From positions 1 through 47,860 of the forward strand of contig JBKJMK010000286.1 of NCBI GenBank assembly GCA_046596005.1: DNA of 47,860 bases, in the 5' to 3' direction. This document shows positions 7,581-16,318 of the stretch, one piece after another (position 1 is the stretch's first letter; each line of letters starts with the position of its first letter). Both the position numbers and the translations under genes were made by a program. Origin of the DNA: Usitatibacteraceae bacterium. GTDB lineage: Bacteria > Pseudomonadota > Gammaproteobacteria > Burkholderiales > Usitatibacteraceae. The notes beneath the pieces are model-generated. The model was not told the origin of the DNA, did not search any database, and saw only the letters and a program-made list of their open reading frames with translations.

Positions 7581-7714
7581 GAATGCTTTTGGATCACCCT
7601 CCCTCCCTGGGTGCTTCGGTGGTTTGGCTAGGTCCCCAAATCCCGCAGGTTCTCCTCTAAAAGCATTCGAGAGTGCGCCTTCAGGGGCGGTCGAAAGACT
7701 GCCCCTACTTTTTT
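7581..7714 (+). ncRNA. Candidate sigma54/GlrR-dependent small RNA (~135 nt), family not recognised
   Basis: It runs from the predicted TSS to the terminator U-tract with no ORF. A perfect 10-bp closing helix pairs GAAUGCUUUU (7581-7590) with AAAAGCAUUC (7659-7668). Internal hairpins are CACCC/GGGUG (loop UCCCUCCCU) and GGUUUGG/CCAAAUC. No + strand gene lies downstream; the next genes are convergent. Confidence 0.6.
7683..7714 (+). terminator. Intrinsic terminator of the candidate sRNA
   Basis: AGGGGCGGUC-GAAA-GACUGCCCCU forms a 10-bp stem with one G-U pair and a GNRA loop, followed by ACUUUUUU. Confidence 0.8.
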
Positions 7715-7730
7715 GTGCCACTAACTTTAC

Positions 7731-7931
7731 CTAATCGCACTCCTCGATCCAAGCCATCTGGATCGCCTCCAGTATTTTTTCTCCTGATTTGTTTGGGTCG
7801 TCATCAAACTCCACCAACTCGCATACCCACTGATGTAAATCGGTGAAGCGGATGATTTTCGGATCAACGTCGGGAAACTTGTCGCTCAGTTGAATCGCAA
7901 TTTCAAGGCTATCGGTCCATTTGAGCGGCAT
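7731..7931 (-). CDS. iscX: Fe-S assembly protein IscX
   Basis: The internal ATG at 7931 (ATGA overlap with the fdx stop) gives 66 aa: [64 protein letters not shown]. This is close to E. coli IscX. Confidence 0.9.
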   Translation of the reverse strand: MPLKWTDSLEIAIQLSDKFPDVDPKIIRFTDLHQWVCELVEFDDDPNKSGEKILEAIQMAWIEECD

Positions 7932-8269
7932 CAGTGGTTCTCCCGCGCGTGATTGATGGTGTACTTCGGGATCTCGATCACAAGTGGTGTATCTCGCACC
8001 TTTGCCTGACAGGATAATCGCGACAATGGCGTCAGGCCCCATGCCATATCGAGCATGTCTTCTTCCTTTTCTTCCTGCTCGTCGAGCGAATTCAATCCTT
8101 CACGCACGATCACGTGGCAGGTCGTACAGGCACAGGATTTTTCGCAAGCGTGTTCGATCGCGATGTGATTGCGCAGCAGAGCGTCACACACCGTTTCGCC
8201 ATTGGGTGCATCGAATTCAAGACCGCTTGGGCAAAGTCTTTCATGCGGCAGTACGTGGATTTTTGTCAT
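7931..8269 (-). CDS. fdx: ISC-system [2Fe-2S] ferredoxin
   Basis: 112 aa with the Cys pattern [11 protein letters not shown]...LSCQ, in the position after hscA. Confidence 0.92.
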   Translation of the reverse strand: MTKIHVLPHERLCPSGLEFDAPNGETVCDALLRNHIAIEHACEKSCACTTCHVIVREGLNSLDEQEEKEEDMLDMAWGLTPLSRLSCQAKVRDTPLVIEIPKYTINHARENH

Positions 8270-10185
8270 GGTGCGCTGTTACTTTCGGCTGTGGACAATG
8301 CAGGTTTGTGCATATTGCCGCCAAGCGCTGCATCAACTGTTTTACCCTTAAGCGCTGCGGCCACGCCTGCGTCCATCCTGCGCGCAGCGAAATTCTCGGT
8401 CGCTTTCGAAACCGCCGCAATCGCCTCTTTGATGACGCGATGATTTTCGCTGGCGGTACTCGTTTGAAGGATACCGAGGCTCGCTTCAATTTCAGCACGC
8501 TCGATGTTGTCGAGTAGTTTATCGCCGTCCTTTGCCACTGCCGCGTTTACCGCTTCGATCAATCGCGCAGCATCCACACGTTCCTCGGCGAGTGAACGCG
8601 CATCGGCGTCCTGTCTCGCATACTTAAAACTGGCCTGCAACATGTCGGCAATTTCGGCATCCGTCAAACCGTAAGAAGGTTTAACGTCGACGCTGGCTTC
8701 TACACCGCTTGTCATCTCGCGCGCCGCAACAGAAACCAGGCCATCGGCATCCACCTGAAAGCTCACGCGAATGCGCGCGGCACCCGCAACCATTGGCGGA
8801 AATCCGCGCAGCGTGAATTGCGCGAGCGAGCGACAGTCCTTCACCAGTTCTCGCTCGCCTTGCACCACGTGAATCGACATCGCTGTCTGGCCGTCCTTGA
8901 ATGTCGTGAACTCCTGCGCGCGCGCGACGGGGATCGTCGAATTGCGCGGGATCACTTTTTCCGTTAACCCGCCCATTGTTTCCAGGCCGAGCGACAGTGG
9001 GATCACATCGAGCAACAACATATCGTCGCCAGACTTGTTACCCGCGAGTACGTTTGCCTGAATCGCAGCGCCAATGGCGACCACTTTGTCGGGATCCAGA
9101 TTGTTGAGCGGCGTTTTGCCAAAGAAATCTGCGACCGCGCGTTGAACGTGCAGCATGCGCGTGGCTCCGCCGACCATTACCACGCCATCAATATTTTCAT
9201 TCGTGAGTTTTGCGTCGCGCATCGCTTTCTTGACTGGCAGCAGAGAACGCTCGACAAGTCCTGCCGTCATGGCATGAAATTCGGCACGTGACAATTTCAC
9301 GTTGAGTGTTTGCCCGTATGAGAGCGACACTTCAGCATGTGCGTGGACGCCGACGGTGAGTTGTTCTTTCACTAATCGGGCGGTCATGAGCAATTTGCGC
9401 AAATCCTTGTGGTCTGCACTCACCAAACCGTGCATTTTTCGCCAGTGCGCGGCGACAGCTTGGTCGAAATCGTCGCCACCGAGTGCTGAGTCACCATTGG
9501 TCGCCAACACCTCAAACACGCCGCGGGTCAATTTCAGTATCGAAATATCGAAGGTGCCACCGCCTAAATCAAACACCGCAAAGGTGCCTTCACTCGCGTT
9601 ATCGAGCCCGTACGCAATCGCCGCCGCAGTCGGCTCATTCAACAGTCTTAAAACGTTAATCCCCGCGAGTTTCGCGGCGTCTTTGGTGGCTTGGCGCTGC
9701 GCATCGTCAAAGTACGCTGGCACCGTGATTACCGCGCCTACCAAATCGCCACCCAGTGAGTCTTCCGCTTGCACACGAAGCACTTTCAAAATTTCCGCTG
9801 AAACGTCTACGGGCGACTTCACACCAGCGACAGTCTGGATTTTGACCATACCCGGCGCATCGATAAACCGGTAGGGAAGTGCCCCATATTTAGCGACATC
9901 CGCCAGTCCGCGGCCCATAAAACGCTTGACTGAAACGATTGTGTTGGCGGGATCTTCCGCCTGCTCGGCCTTTGGTTTTGCGCCGACTTCAAATTTTCCA
10001 TTGGCGAAGTAGCGCACCACCGATGGCGTTAGCTTGTCGCCACCATGATTCAGCAGAACCTCGGCCGTACCGCTCTTCACGGTCGCGACCAGTGAATTGG
10101 TGGTTCCTAGATCAATGCCGACCGCGAGCCGATGCTGATGCGGCGCGGTGGATTCGCCGGGTTCGGCAATTTGTAAAAGCGCCAT
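8266..10185 (-). CDS. hscA: Fe-S cluster assembly Hsp70 chaperone HscA
   Basis: 639 aa with the Hsp70 signatures [20 protein letters not shown] and VGGATRM. It has a short extra C-terminal tail relative to E. coli. Confidence 0.93.
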   Translation of the reverse strand: MALLQIAEPGESTAPHQHRLAVGIDLGTTNSLVATVKSGTAEVLLNHGGDKLTPSVVRYFANGKFEVGAKPKAEQAEDPANTIVSVKRFMGRGLADVAKYGALPYRFIDAPGMVKIQTVAGVKSPVDVSAEILKVLRVQAEDSLGGDLVGAVITVPAYFDDAQRQATKDAAKLAGINVLRLLNEPTAAAIAYGLDNASEGTFAVFDLGGGTFDISILKLTRGVFEVLATNGDSALGGDDFDQAVAAHWRKMHGLVSADHKDLRKLLMTARLVKEQLTVGVHAHAEVSLSYGQTLNVKLSRAEFHAMTAGLVERSLLPVKKAMRDAKLTNENIDGVVMVGGATRMLHVQRAVADFFGKTPLNNLDPDKVVAIGAAIQANVLAGNKSGDDMLLLDVIPLSLGLETMGGLTEKVIPRNSTIPVARAQEFTTFKDGQTAMSIHVVQGERELVKDCRSLAQFTLRGFPPMVAGAARIRVSFQVDADGLVSVAAREMTSGVEASVDVKPSYGLTDAEIADMLQASFKYARQDADARSLAEERVDAARLIEAVNAAVAKDGDKLLDNIERAEIEASLGILQTSTASENHRVIKEAIAAVSKATENFAARRMDAGVAAALKGKTVDAALGGNMHKPALSTAESNSAP

Positions 10186-10187
10186 CG

Positions 10188-10598
10188 TTAGTGAATTCCT
10201 TTGATCGGCTGGCCGTACGTAAACTCGACGATATGACCGTCAGGGTCGCGCAGCATGGTGTAATAACCGACACTGCCACCGACGTCGCGTGGTTCACAGT
10301 GCAGGGCGTTCAGCGCCTTACCAAGATTCGCTTTCACTTCGATCTCATCACGCGTATCGCATTGAAATGCAAGATGATCGAGCCGATCCCTGACCTCGCC
10401 TTCCTCGATCACAAACACAAACGGCGGGTTGGCTTTATCAGCACCGCGGGGACCGAGCCAAACGGTGGAACCACCCTCTTCGCGCCGATCACGCACGACC
10501 ACCATCTCGCAAATATCGCGATAGAACGCGATGGAACGTTCGAAGTTGGAAACGGTAAACGTCAGATGTGTAAAGTGCGCAGCCATTGGCATCTCCAT
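10188..10598 (-). CDS. VOC (glyoxalase/bleomycin-resistance/dioxygenase) family protein
   Basis: 136 aa: [28 protein letters not shown]...[15 protein letters not shown]...[16 protein letters not shown], typical paired beta-alpha-beta-beta-beta VOC modules. Its ATG overlaps the hscB stop (ATGA) and its stop lies 2 nt before the hscA ATG. Confidence 0.75.
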   Translation of the reverse strand: MEMPMAAHFTHLTFTVSNFERSIAFYRDICEMVVVRDRREEGGSTVWLGPRGADKANPPFVFVIEEGEVRDRLDHLAFQCDTRDEIEVKANLGKALNALHCEPRDVGGSVGYYTMLRDPDGHIVEFTYGQPIKGIH

Positions 10599-11131
10599 CA
10601 GTTTTCAAGCTCGACCATTGCGTCGTCAATTTCCTCACCGAGTTTTTCGAGAAAACGAAGTTTGCGCACGGTGTCTTTAGCGAGGGACATTTCATCAGCG
10701 TCTGCCAACTGCGCGCGCAAATGCGAGAAAAGTTTTTCTTCTTCTACATGCTTCGTGAGTTTCAGCTTTTTAAGAACCACTTCATCTTTGGCCTCTTTTG
10801 CCGCCAATACTGACTCACGCCATTCCATCTGCTGCATTAAAAACGCCAACGGCATCGCGGTATTGCGTTCTTCTTCCGTATCGATTCCGTTGAGCGCTAA
10901 AAAATATCGCCCGCGGTTCAGTGGCGACTTTAACGTGCGGTACGCTTCATTCGTCTGCGTTGCCCACTGTGCGGCGAGACGTTTTTCTGCATCGCTCGCG
11001 GTTACGAAACGATCAGGATGTACTTCCCGCTGCACTTCGCGATACGCGCGTTCAAGCGACGGCGTATCGAGCGCGTAGCCGAACGGTAAATCAAAAAATT
11101 CAAAGTGGTTTTTGGAAAAATCCAGATTCAT
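10598..11131 (-). CDS. hscB: Fe-S co-chaperone HscB
   Basis: 177 aa with a J-domain carrying the HPD motif (REVHPDRF) and a helical C-terminal domain, positioned between iscA and hscA. Confidence 0.9.
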   Translation of the reverse strand: MNLDFSKNHFEFFDLPFGYALDTPSLERAYREVQREVHPDRFVTASDAEKRLAAQWATQTNEAYRTLKSPLNRGRYFLALNGIDTEEERNTAMPLAFLMQQMEWRESVLAAKEAKDEVVLKKLKLTKHVEEEKLFSHLRAQLADADEMSLAKDTVRKLRFLEKLGEEIDDAMVELEN

Positions 11132-11137
11132 ATACGT

Positions 11138-11165
11138 AAAAAAGGGGCGCGCATTGTGCCGCCCC
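11138..11165 (-). terminator. Intra-operon hairpin plus U-tract (attenuator/terminator) between iscA and hscB
   Basis: The minus-strand RNA reads GGGGCG-(GCACAAUGCG)-CGCCCC followed by UUUUUU. A second hairpin UCUCCC-UGGC-GGGAGA (11184-11199) lies directly after the iscA stop. Confidence 0.5.
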
Positions 11166-11209
11166 CAATCCTTGCGCCAACACTCTCCCGCCAGGGAGAC
11201 CGGAGTTAA

Positions 11210-11533
11210 TCAGACGTTGAACGACTCACCGCACCCGCATTTATCCTTTTCTTGCGGATTATTGAACTTGAAACCCTCGTTCAATCCTTCGCGGACAAAA
11301 TCGAGCTCAGTTCCGTCAATGTAGACCAGGCTTTTCGGGTCAACGAATACTTTTACGCCGTGACTTTCAAACGTTTGATCCCCGTCGTTTACCGCATCGA
11401 CGAATTCCAGCTTGTATGCCATGCCCGAACAACCGGTGGTACGCACGCCAAAGCGCACCCCAACCCCCCGCCCACGTTTGGCGAGATAGTTTTGCACGTG
11501 GTTTGCGGCACGATCAGTAAGTGTGATTGCCAT
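11210..11533 (-). CDS. iscA: Fe-S carrier protein IscA
   Basis: The internal ATG gives 107 aa, [17 protein letters not shown]...[11 protein letters not shown]...[11 protein letters not shown], with the three conserved Cys. Confidence 0.92.
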   Translation of the reverse strand: MAITLTDRAANHVQNYLAKRGRGVGVRFGVRTTGCSGMAYKLEFVDAVNDGDQTFESHGVKVFVDPKSLVYIDGTELDFVREGLNEGFKFNNPQEKDKCGCGESFNV

Positions 11534-11552
11534 TGTGTCGTTTCCGGTCGCG

Positions 11553-11966
11553 TCAGGCAGCTTGTTGTTCTGCAACTGCCGCAGCGGCAGGGTGTTTTGC
11601 TTTGTAATCCGCAATTGCCGCCTTGATCGCGTCCTCAGCAAGAATCGAGCAGTGAATTTTCACGGGCGGGAGTGCGAGTTCTTCCGCGATCTGGGTATTT
11701 TTTATCTGTCCAGCCTCGTCAATCGATTTTCCTTTTACCCACTCGGTCACGAGTGAGCTTGATGCGATCGCAGACCCACAGCCGTAGGTTTTGAATTTGG
11801 CATCCTGAATAATTCCATCCGGGCCGACTTTGATCTGTAGTTTCATCACGTCGCCGCAGGCAGGTGCCCCAACCATGCCGGTTGCGACACCGTCTTCGTC
11901 TTTGCCGAATGAACCGACGTTGCGGGGGTTTTCGTAGTGATCGATTACTTTTTCTGAATATGCCAT
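11553..11966 (-). CDS. iscU: Fe-S scaffold IscU
   Basis: ATG at 11966 gives 137 aa, [51 protein letters not shown]. It has an Ala-rich C-terminal tail. Confidence 0.93.
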   Translation of the reverse strand: MAYSEKVIDHYENPRNVGSFGKDEDGVATGMVGAPACGDVMKLQIKVGPDGIIQDAKFKTYGCGSAIASSSLVTEWVKGKSIDEAGQIKNTQIAEELALPPVKIHCSILAEDAIKAAIADYKAKHPAAAAVAEQQAA

Positions 11967-11988
11967 GTTCGTTACTCCAGTTATACCG

Positions 11989-13206
11989 TTAGTGTGCAGC
12001 CCACTGCACCTTGCTGATATCCACGCCATCCTTGTGCATTTCCCAAAGTGGCGACATGTCGCGCAACTTCTCAATGCGCTCATTCAACAGCTTGATCGCG
12101 AAGTCGATATCGGCTTCCGTCGTGAAGCGACCGATTGAAAAGCGAATCGAGCTATGTGCAAGCTCGTCGTTACGCCCCAGAGCACGCAACACGTACGATG
12201 GCTCCAGCGACGCTGATGTGCAAGCTGAGCCTGAAGACACCGCGAGCTCTTTGATCCCCATGATGAGCGATTCGCCCTCGACAAAGTTAAAACTCACGTT
12301 AAGGTTATGCGGCACCCGATTTTCCATATCGCCATTGACATATACCTCTTCCATTCCTTTGACGCCGGCAAACAATTTATCTCGCAGCATGCGGATACGT
12401 TCATTCTCGGTCGCCATTTCGAGCCGTGCGATACGAAACGCTTCGCCCATGCCGACAATTTGGTGCGTCGCCAAAGTGCCGGAACGAAATCCCCGCTCGT
12501 GCCCGCCGCCGTGCATTTGCGCCTCTAAGCGGATACGCGGTTTGCGTCGCACATAAAGCGCGCCCATCCCTTTCGGGCCATAGGTTTTATGCGCAGAAAA
12601 ACTCATCAAATCCACTTTGAGCGTTTGTAGATCAATCGGTACTTTGCCTGTTGCCTGCGCACTATCGACATGGAAAATGATGCCCCGCTCGCGGCAGATT
12701 TCGCCGATTTCAGCAATTGGCTGAATCACGCCGATTTCGTTATTGACCATCATTACCGAGACCAAAATGGTATCCGCGCGCAACGCGGTTGTGAACGCCT
12801 GTATATCGATAAGACCATCGGTCTTCACGTCAAGATACGTCGCCTCAAACCCCTGACGCTCAAGCTCGCGCACTGTGTCCAGTGTGGCTTTGTGCTCGGT
12901 TTTGATCGTAATGACGTGCTTGCCTTTGGTCTGGTAAAAATTGGCTGCACCTTTCAACGCCAGATTAATTGACTCGGTCGCGCCGGAAGTCCAGACAATT
13001 TCCTTGGCATCGCAGTTGACCAATTTCGCGACTTCCTCACGCGCATTTTCGACCGCTGCTTCAGACGTCCAGCCATAACTGTGGCTACGCGAAGCGGCAT
13101 TGCCGAAATTCTCTGTCAAGAATGGAATCATTTTCGACGCCACGCGCGGATCGACCGGTGTGGTGGCAGAGTAGTCGAGATAGATTGGTTGTTTCATGGC
13201 GTTCAT
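11989..13206 (-). CDS. iscS: Cysteine desulfurase IscS
   Basis: Start is at 13206 ([19 protein letters not shown]) or 13197. It has the PLP-lysine motif [12 protein letters not shown] and the active-site loop SSGSACTS. Confidence 0.93.
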   Translation of the reverse strand: MNAMKQPIYLDYSATTPVDPRVASKMIPFLTENFGNAASRSHSYGWTSEAAVENAREEVAKLVNCDAKEIVWTSGATESINLALKGAANFYQTKGKHVITIKTEHKATLDTVRELERQGFEATYLDVKTDGLIDIQAFTTALRADTILVSVMMVNNEIGVIQPIAEIGEICRERGIIFHVDSAQATGKVPIDLQTLKVDLMSFSAHKTYGPKGMGALYVRRKPRIRLEAQMHGGGHERGFRSGTLATHQIVGMGEAFRIARLEMATENERIRMLRDKLFAGVKGMEEVYVNGDMENRVPHNLNVSFNFVEGESLIMGIKELAVSSGSACTSASLEPSYVLRALGRNDELAHSSIRFSIGRFTTEADIDFAIKLLNERIEKLRDMSPLWEMHKDGVDISKVQWAAH

Positions 13207-13216
13207 TTGAGTTGGA

Positions 13217-13717
13217 CTAGATAGCGACGACAGGAGTTGCAATTCGATTACGATTTTTTGAAAGCGTGTCTGGATGCATCTTGAGTAGCGACACCTGTCC
13301 CGACACGGGTTCTGCACGCTGCCTCTCAACGAGCTGAGCGAGCGTCACTCCGGCGAGATAAGTAACCACCGTGGTGTTCAGACTTTCCCAAAGATCGTGC
13401 GTCATGCAACGGCGATCGCCGAGACAGTTGTCACGGCCTTCGCACTGCCGCGAATCGATCGGCTCCTCCACCGCTTTGATGATATCGGCAACCGTTAACT
13501 GATCGAGCGGCCTACCGAGATTGTAACCACCCCCAGGACCACGCACACTCTCAACCAAGCTACCGCGACGCAATTTGCTAAACAATTGCTCAAGGTAGGA
13601 GAGCGAGATCTTTTGCCGCGCGCTGATGTTCGCAAGCGTTACTGGGCCATTCTGCGCGTGCAGGGCTAAGTCCAGCATGGCGGTAACGGCGAAACGGCCT
13701 TTGGTGGTGAGTCTCAT
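13217..13717 (-). CDS. iscR: Rrf2-family Fe-S regulator IscR
   Basis: 166 aa, [19 protein letters not shown]..., with a wHTH and the cluster ligands C..C..C..H in [16 protein letters not shown]. It is the first gene of the isc operon. Confidence 0.92.
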   Translation of the reverse strand: MRLTTKGRFAVTAMLDLALHAQNGPVTLANISARQKISLSYLEQLFSKLRRGSLVESVRGPGGGYNLGRPLDQLTVADIIKAVEEPIDSRQCEGRDNCLGDRRCMTHDLWESLNTTVVTYLAGVTLAQLVERQRAEPVSGQVSLLKMHPDTLSKNRNRIATPVVAI

Positions 13718-13757
13718 GGCGCTGTCCTGATAAACGCTACGGATGCAATTCTTCGTA

Positions 13758-13810
13758 TTGTCCTACTAAACAACTCAAGTATATAAAAACCCAGTAATCT
13801 AGTCAACTAT
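13758..13810 (-). promoter_or_regulatory. Two IscR type-1-like binding sites overlapping the iscR promoter
   Basis: On the minus strand, site A ATAGTTGACTAGATTACTGGGTTTT (13786-13810) and site B ATACTTGAGTTGTTTAGTAGGACAA (13758-13782) resemble the E. coli iscR-promoter sites (ATAGTTGAC..TTACT..GGG and ATACTTGAC..TTTAGT) as I recall them. Confidence 0.6.
13778..13806 (-). promoter_or_regulatory. Sigma70-type promoter of iscR
   Basis: On the minus strand, TTGACT - 17 nt - TATACT, about 60 nt upstream of the iscR ATG. Confidence 0.55.
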
Positions 13811-13927
13811 AGATGGAGTAACAAGTGTTCGCTTTCAAGTGCTGCGGCGGAGAACAAAACCCCAGTATAGGCGCGGGTTTCCAGCCATTTAGGCCCTGAA
13901 ATGCCCACCAATGGCTGAGTTTGAATA

Positions 13928-14644
13928 TTATCTACCCTGTCCGCTACCGGTCTTCTTCTGCGGTGTCACCTGTGCTTCCAACTCGGCAAGACGTGCAATC
14001 AGCATGGCGAGCTGCGCTTCCGATTGATCAGAGCGCCCGGCGAGGGTTTTCAAAATAGCGTTTAGTGGATCGTTTTCGTTCGTGGTAACCGCATAGGCAG
14101 AAAACGCGTGGCCCGCTTCGCCTGCTGCGACGCCCTCGACGATACGCGCCGGGATGCCAACGACGGTAGCACCAGGTGGCACTTCCCTGACGACCACTGA
14201 GTTGGAGCCGACTCTTGCACCCGCCCCGACGATGAATGGACCAAGAATTTTTGCGCCCGCACCGACCGTCACACCATTGCCCAAGGTGGGGTGGCGTTTA
14301 CCCTTATCCCACGAAACGCCGCCCAGCGTCACACCGTGATAAAGCGTGCAATCGTCGCCGATTTCGGCAGTTTCGCCAATCACAATGCCCATACCGTGGT
14401 CGATGAAGAATCGCCTGCCGATGGTTGCACCGGGATGTATCTCCACGCCGGTAAAAAAACGCGCTGTGTGCGAAGCCACACGGCCCAGCCATTTCAGGCC
14501 CATGCGCCACAATGGGCCGGATAGCCACCGATGCAACCAGATGGCGTGCATGCCCGGATAACACGTCACAACCTCCCACCAATTGCGGGCGGCGGGATCG
14601 CGTGCGTACACGCAGTTGATGTCTTCAGAGAGTCTGGTGAACAT
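13928..14644 (-). CDS. cysE: Serine O-acetyltransferase
   Basis: 238 aa, [68 protein letters not shown], with hexapeptide repeats. It carries a C-terminal helical extension of about 40 aa. Confidence 0.88.
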   Translation of the reverse strand: MFTRLSEDINCVYARDPAARNWWEVVTCYPGMHAIWLHRWLSGPLWRMGLKWLGRVASHTARFFTGVEIHPGATIGRRFFIDHGMGIVIGETAEIGDDCTLYHGVTLGGVSWDKGKRHPTLGNGVTVGAGAKILGPFIVGAGARVGSNSVVVREVPPGATVVGIPARIVEGVAAGEAGHAFSAYAVTTNENDPLNAILKTLAGRSDQSEAQLAMLIARLAELEAQVTPQKKTGSGQGR

Positions 14645-14694
14645 GGCTGGAATTGTCGTCTATTTTCAATATTTTGGGGCCGCTCGGCCAGTAT

Positions 14695-15480
14695 TCAATC
14701 GCGGTGCGTTTTTTTATCCGCGGAGGATTGCTGGCAGGCTGCGAGCCATCCGCGCAGTAGTGATACTTCTTCTGGCTCCATGCGTGCGCGCGTGAACAAT
14801 CGACGCATACGTGTCATAAACCGTTTCGGCACTTCTGGGTTTAGAAATCCGGTCGCAACGGCAATTGCTTCGAAGTGTTTCAAAAAGCCTTCAACCTCGC
14901 CAACACTGGCCAGTGGACGTTGGGTGTCGTTCGCAATACTGAATGCCGACGCTGCCATCATCACTTCGTACGCAGCGACCTGCACCGCTTGTGAGACATT
15001 GAGCGACGAATATTCATCATTTGCAGGTATTGCTGACACTAACTGACAGCGATCAACCTCTTCGTTTGACAAACACATCGCCTCGTTGCCGAATACCAGC
15101 GCGACATCCCCAAACGCGGCCTCCGATACGACAATTTCGGCCGCCTCGCGCAATGGTTTGAACGGGTGTGAGAGCTCGCGCTTTCTCGCCGTAAAGGCAA
15201 TCGCAAAACGTACATCCGCGATCGCTTCATCGAATGTCGCCACAATTCTTGCACGCGCCAATACGTCGGTCGCCCCCGAAGCGAGTGCAATGGCGTCGCG
15301 ATGTGTGGTCGCATTCGGCAGCTTTGGTGCGACCAGAACAAGGTTTGTGATTCCCATTGTTTTCATCGCGCGGGCGGCACTGCCGATGTTGCCCGGATGC
15401 GATGTTTCAACCATCACCACGCGCATACGCGCAAGCGGACTGATGGTTCTGACGGGAGGAGACGACAAAGAATCATTCAT
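14695..15480 (-). CDS. trmJ: SpoU/TrmH-family tRNA 2'-O-methyltransferase TrmJ
   Basis: 261 aa, [34 protein letters not shown]...[18 protein letters not shown]. It is divergent from suhB and upstream of isc, as in E. coli. Confidence 0.85.
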   Translation of the reverse strand: MNDSLSSPPVRTISPLARMRVVMVETSHPGNIGSAARAMKTMGITNLVLVAPKLPNATTHRDAIALASGATDVLARARIVATFDEAIADVRFAIAFTARKRELSHPFKPLREAAEIVVSEAAFGDVALVFGNEAMCLSNEEVDRCQLVSAIPANDEYSSLNVSQAVQVAAYEVMMAASAFSIANDTQRPLASVGEVEGFLKHFEAIAVATGFLNPEVPKRFMTRMRRLFTRARMEPEEVSLLRGWLAACQQSSADKKTHRD

Positions 15481-15521
15481 ATAAAATAGCGGCTCAATCT
15501 TGCTCTTTACTGAAAATTAAA

Positions 15522-16304
15522 ATGCATCCGATGTTAAATATCGCCGTCAAGGCGGCACGCCGTGCCGGTGCGATTATCAGTCGCGCCTCCAACGATCTTG
15601 ACAAGCTCACCGTCGAGTTGAAAGCGCCGAATGATTTCGTCTCAGAGGTGGATCGCGCAGCTGAAGCCGCCATCATCGAGGTGCTCAAACAAGCTTATCC
15701 CCAGCATAGCATTCTTGCTGAAGAGTCCGGTGAGTCAAAAACAGAGTCTGATTATCAGTGGATCATCGATCCGCTCGATGGCACAACAAATTTTCTGCAC
15801 GGCTTCCCGCAGTATTGCGTATCGATTGCGCTTGCCGTAAAGGGCGCGGTGAGTCAGGGCGTTATTTATGATCCGACCCGCAATGAGCTTTTCACCGCCT
15901 CTAAAGGTGGTGGTGCGTTTTTAAATGACCGCCGTATCCGTGTTTCCAAAAAAATTCAATTGCAGGAATGTCTGATCGGCACCGGATTTCCATCGCGTGA
16001 AATGCATAACTTTGATCGCTATCTCGCCACGTTCAAGGATCTCACACCGAAGTGCGCAGGCATTCGCCGCCCAGGTGCGGCAGCTCTTGACCTGGCGTAT
16101 GTCGCTTGCGGACGCTACGACGGATTCTGGGAAATGGGCTTGAGCGCGTGGGATATGGCGGCAGGCGCATTGATGATCAAGGAAGCCGGCGGCTTGGTAA
16201 CCGACTTTGCAGGGGAAGACGGGTATCTGAAGTCAGGCACCATCGTCGCAGCCACCCCGAAACCGTTTCCCGCATTGCTGCAAATCATTCAGTCGCACAA
16301 ATAG
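15522..16304 (+). CDS. suhB: Inositol monophosphatase family protein SuhB
   Basis: 260 aa with the IMPase motifs [12 protein letters not shown] and [20 protein letters not shown]. Confidence 0.9.
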   Translation: MHPMLNIAVKAARRAGAIISRASNDLDKLTVELKAPNDFVSEVDRAAEAAIIEVLKQAYPQHSILAEESGESKTESDYQWIIDPLDGTTNFLHGFPQYCVSIALAVKGAVSQGVIYDPTRNELFTASKGGGAFLNDRRIRVSKKIQLQECLIGTGFPSREMHNFDRYLATFKDLTPKCAGIRRPGAAALDLAYVACGRYDGFWEMGLSAWDMAAGALMIKEAGGLVTDFAGEDGYLKSGTIVAATPKPFPALLQIIQSHK

Positions 16305-16318
16305 CCTCGCCTGCAACC

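Noticed and set aside
9939-11078. 379-aa + strand ORF spanning hscA, the VOC gene and hscB
   Set aside because: It crosses three well-supported minus-strand genes and is Ser/Arg/Ala-rich, which is typical of an antisense frame with no stops by chance.
13860-13927. 8-bp inverted repeat CAGCCATT...AATGGCTG after the cysE stop as a terminator
   Set aside because: The loop is 20 nt and there is no U-tract, so it is not convincing as an intrinsic terminator.
16106-16318. N-terminal extensions proposed by the ORF track (ndh from 16106; similarly 34809 for DUF3108, 34346 for purN, 13329 for iscS, 12083 for iscU, 11641 for iscA, 27538 for dapA, 5246 for the lipoprotein)
   Set aside because: The extensions overlap the preceding gene and are Arg-rich junk. 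Conserved N-termini begin at internal start codons (for example MHRIVIVGGGAGG at 16319).
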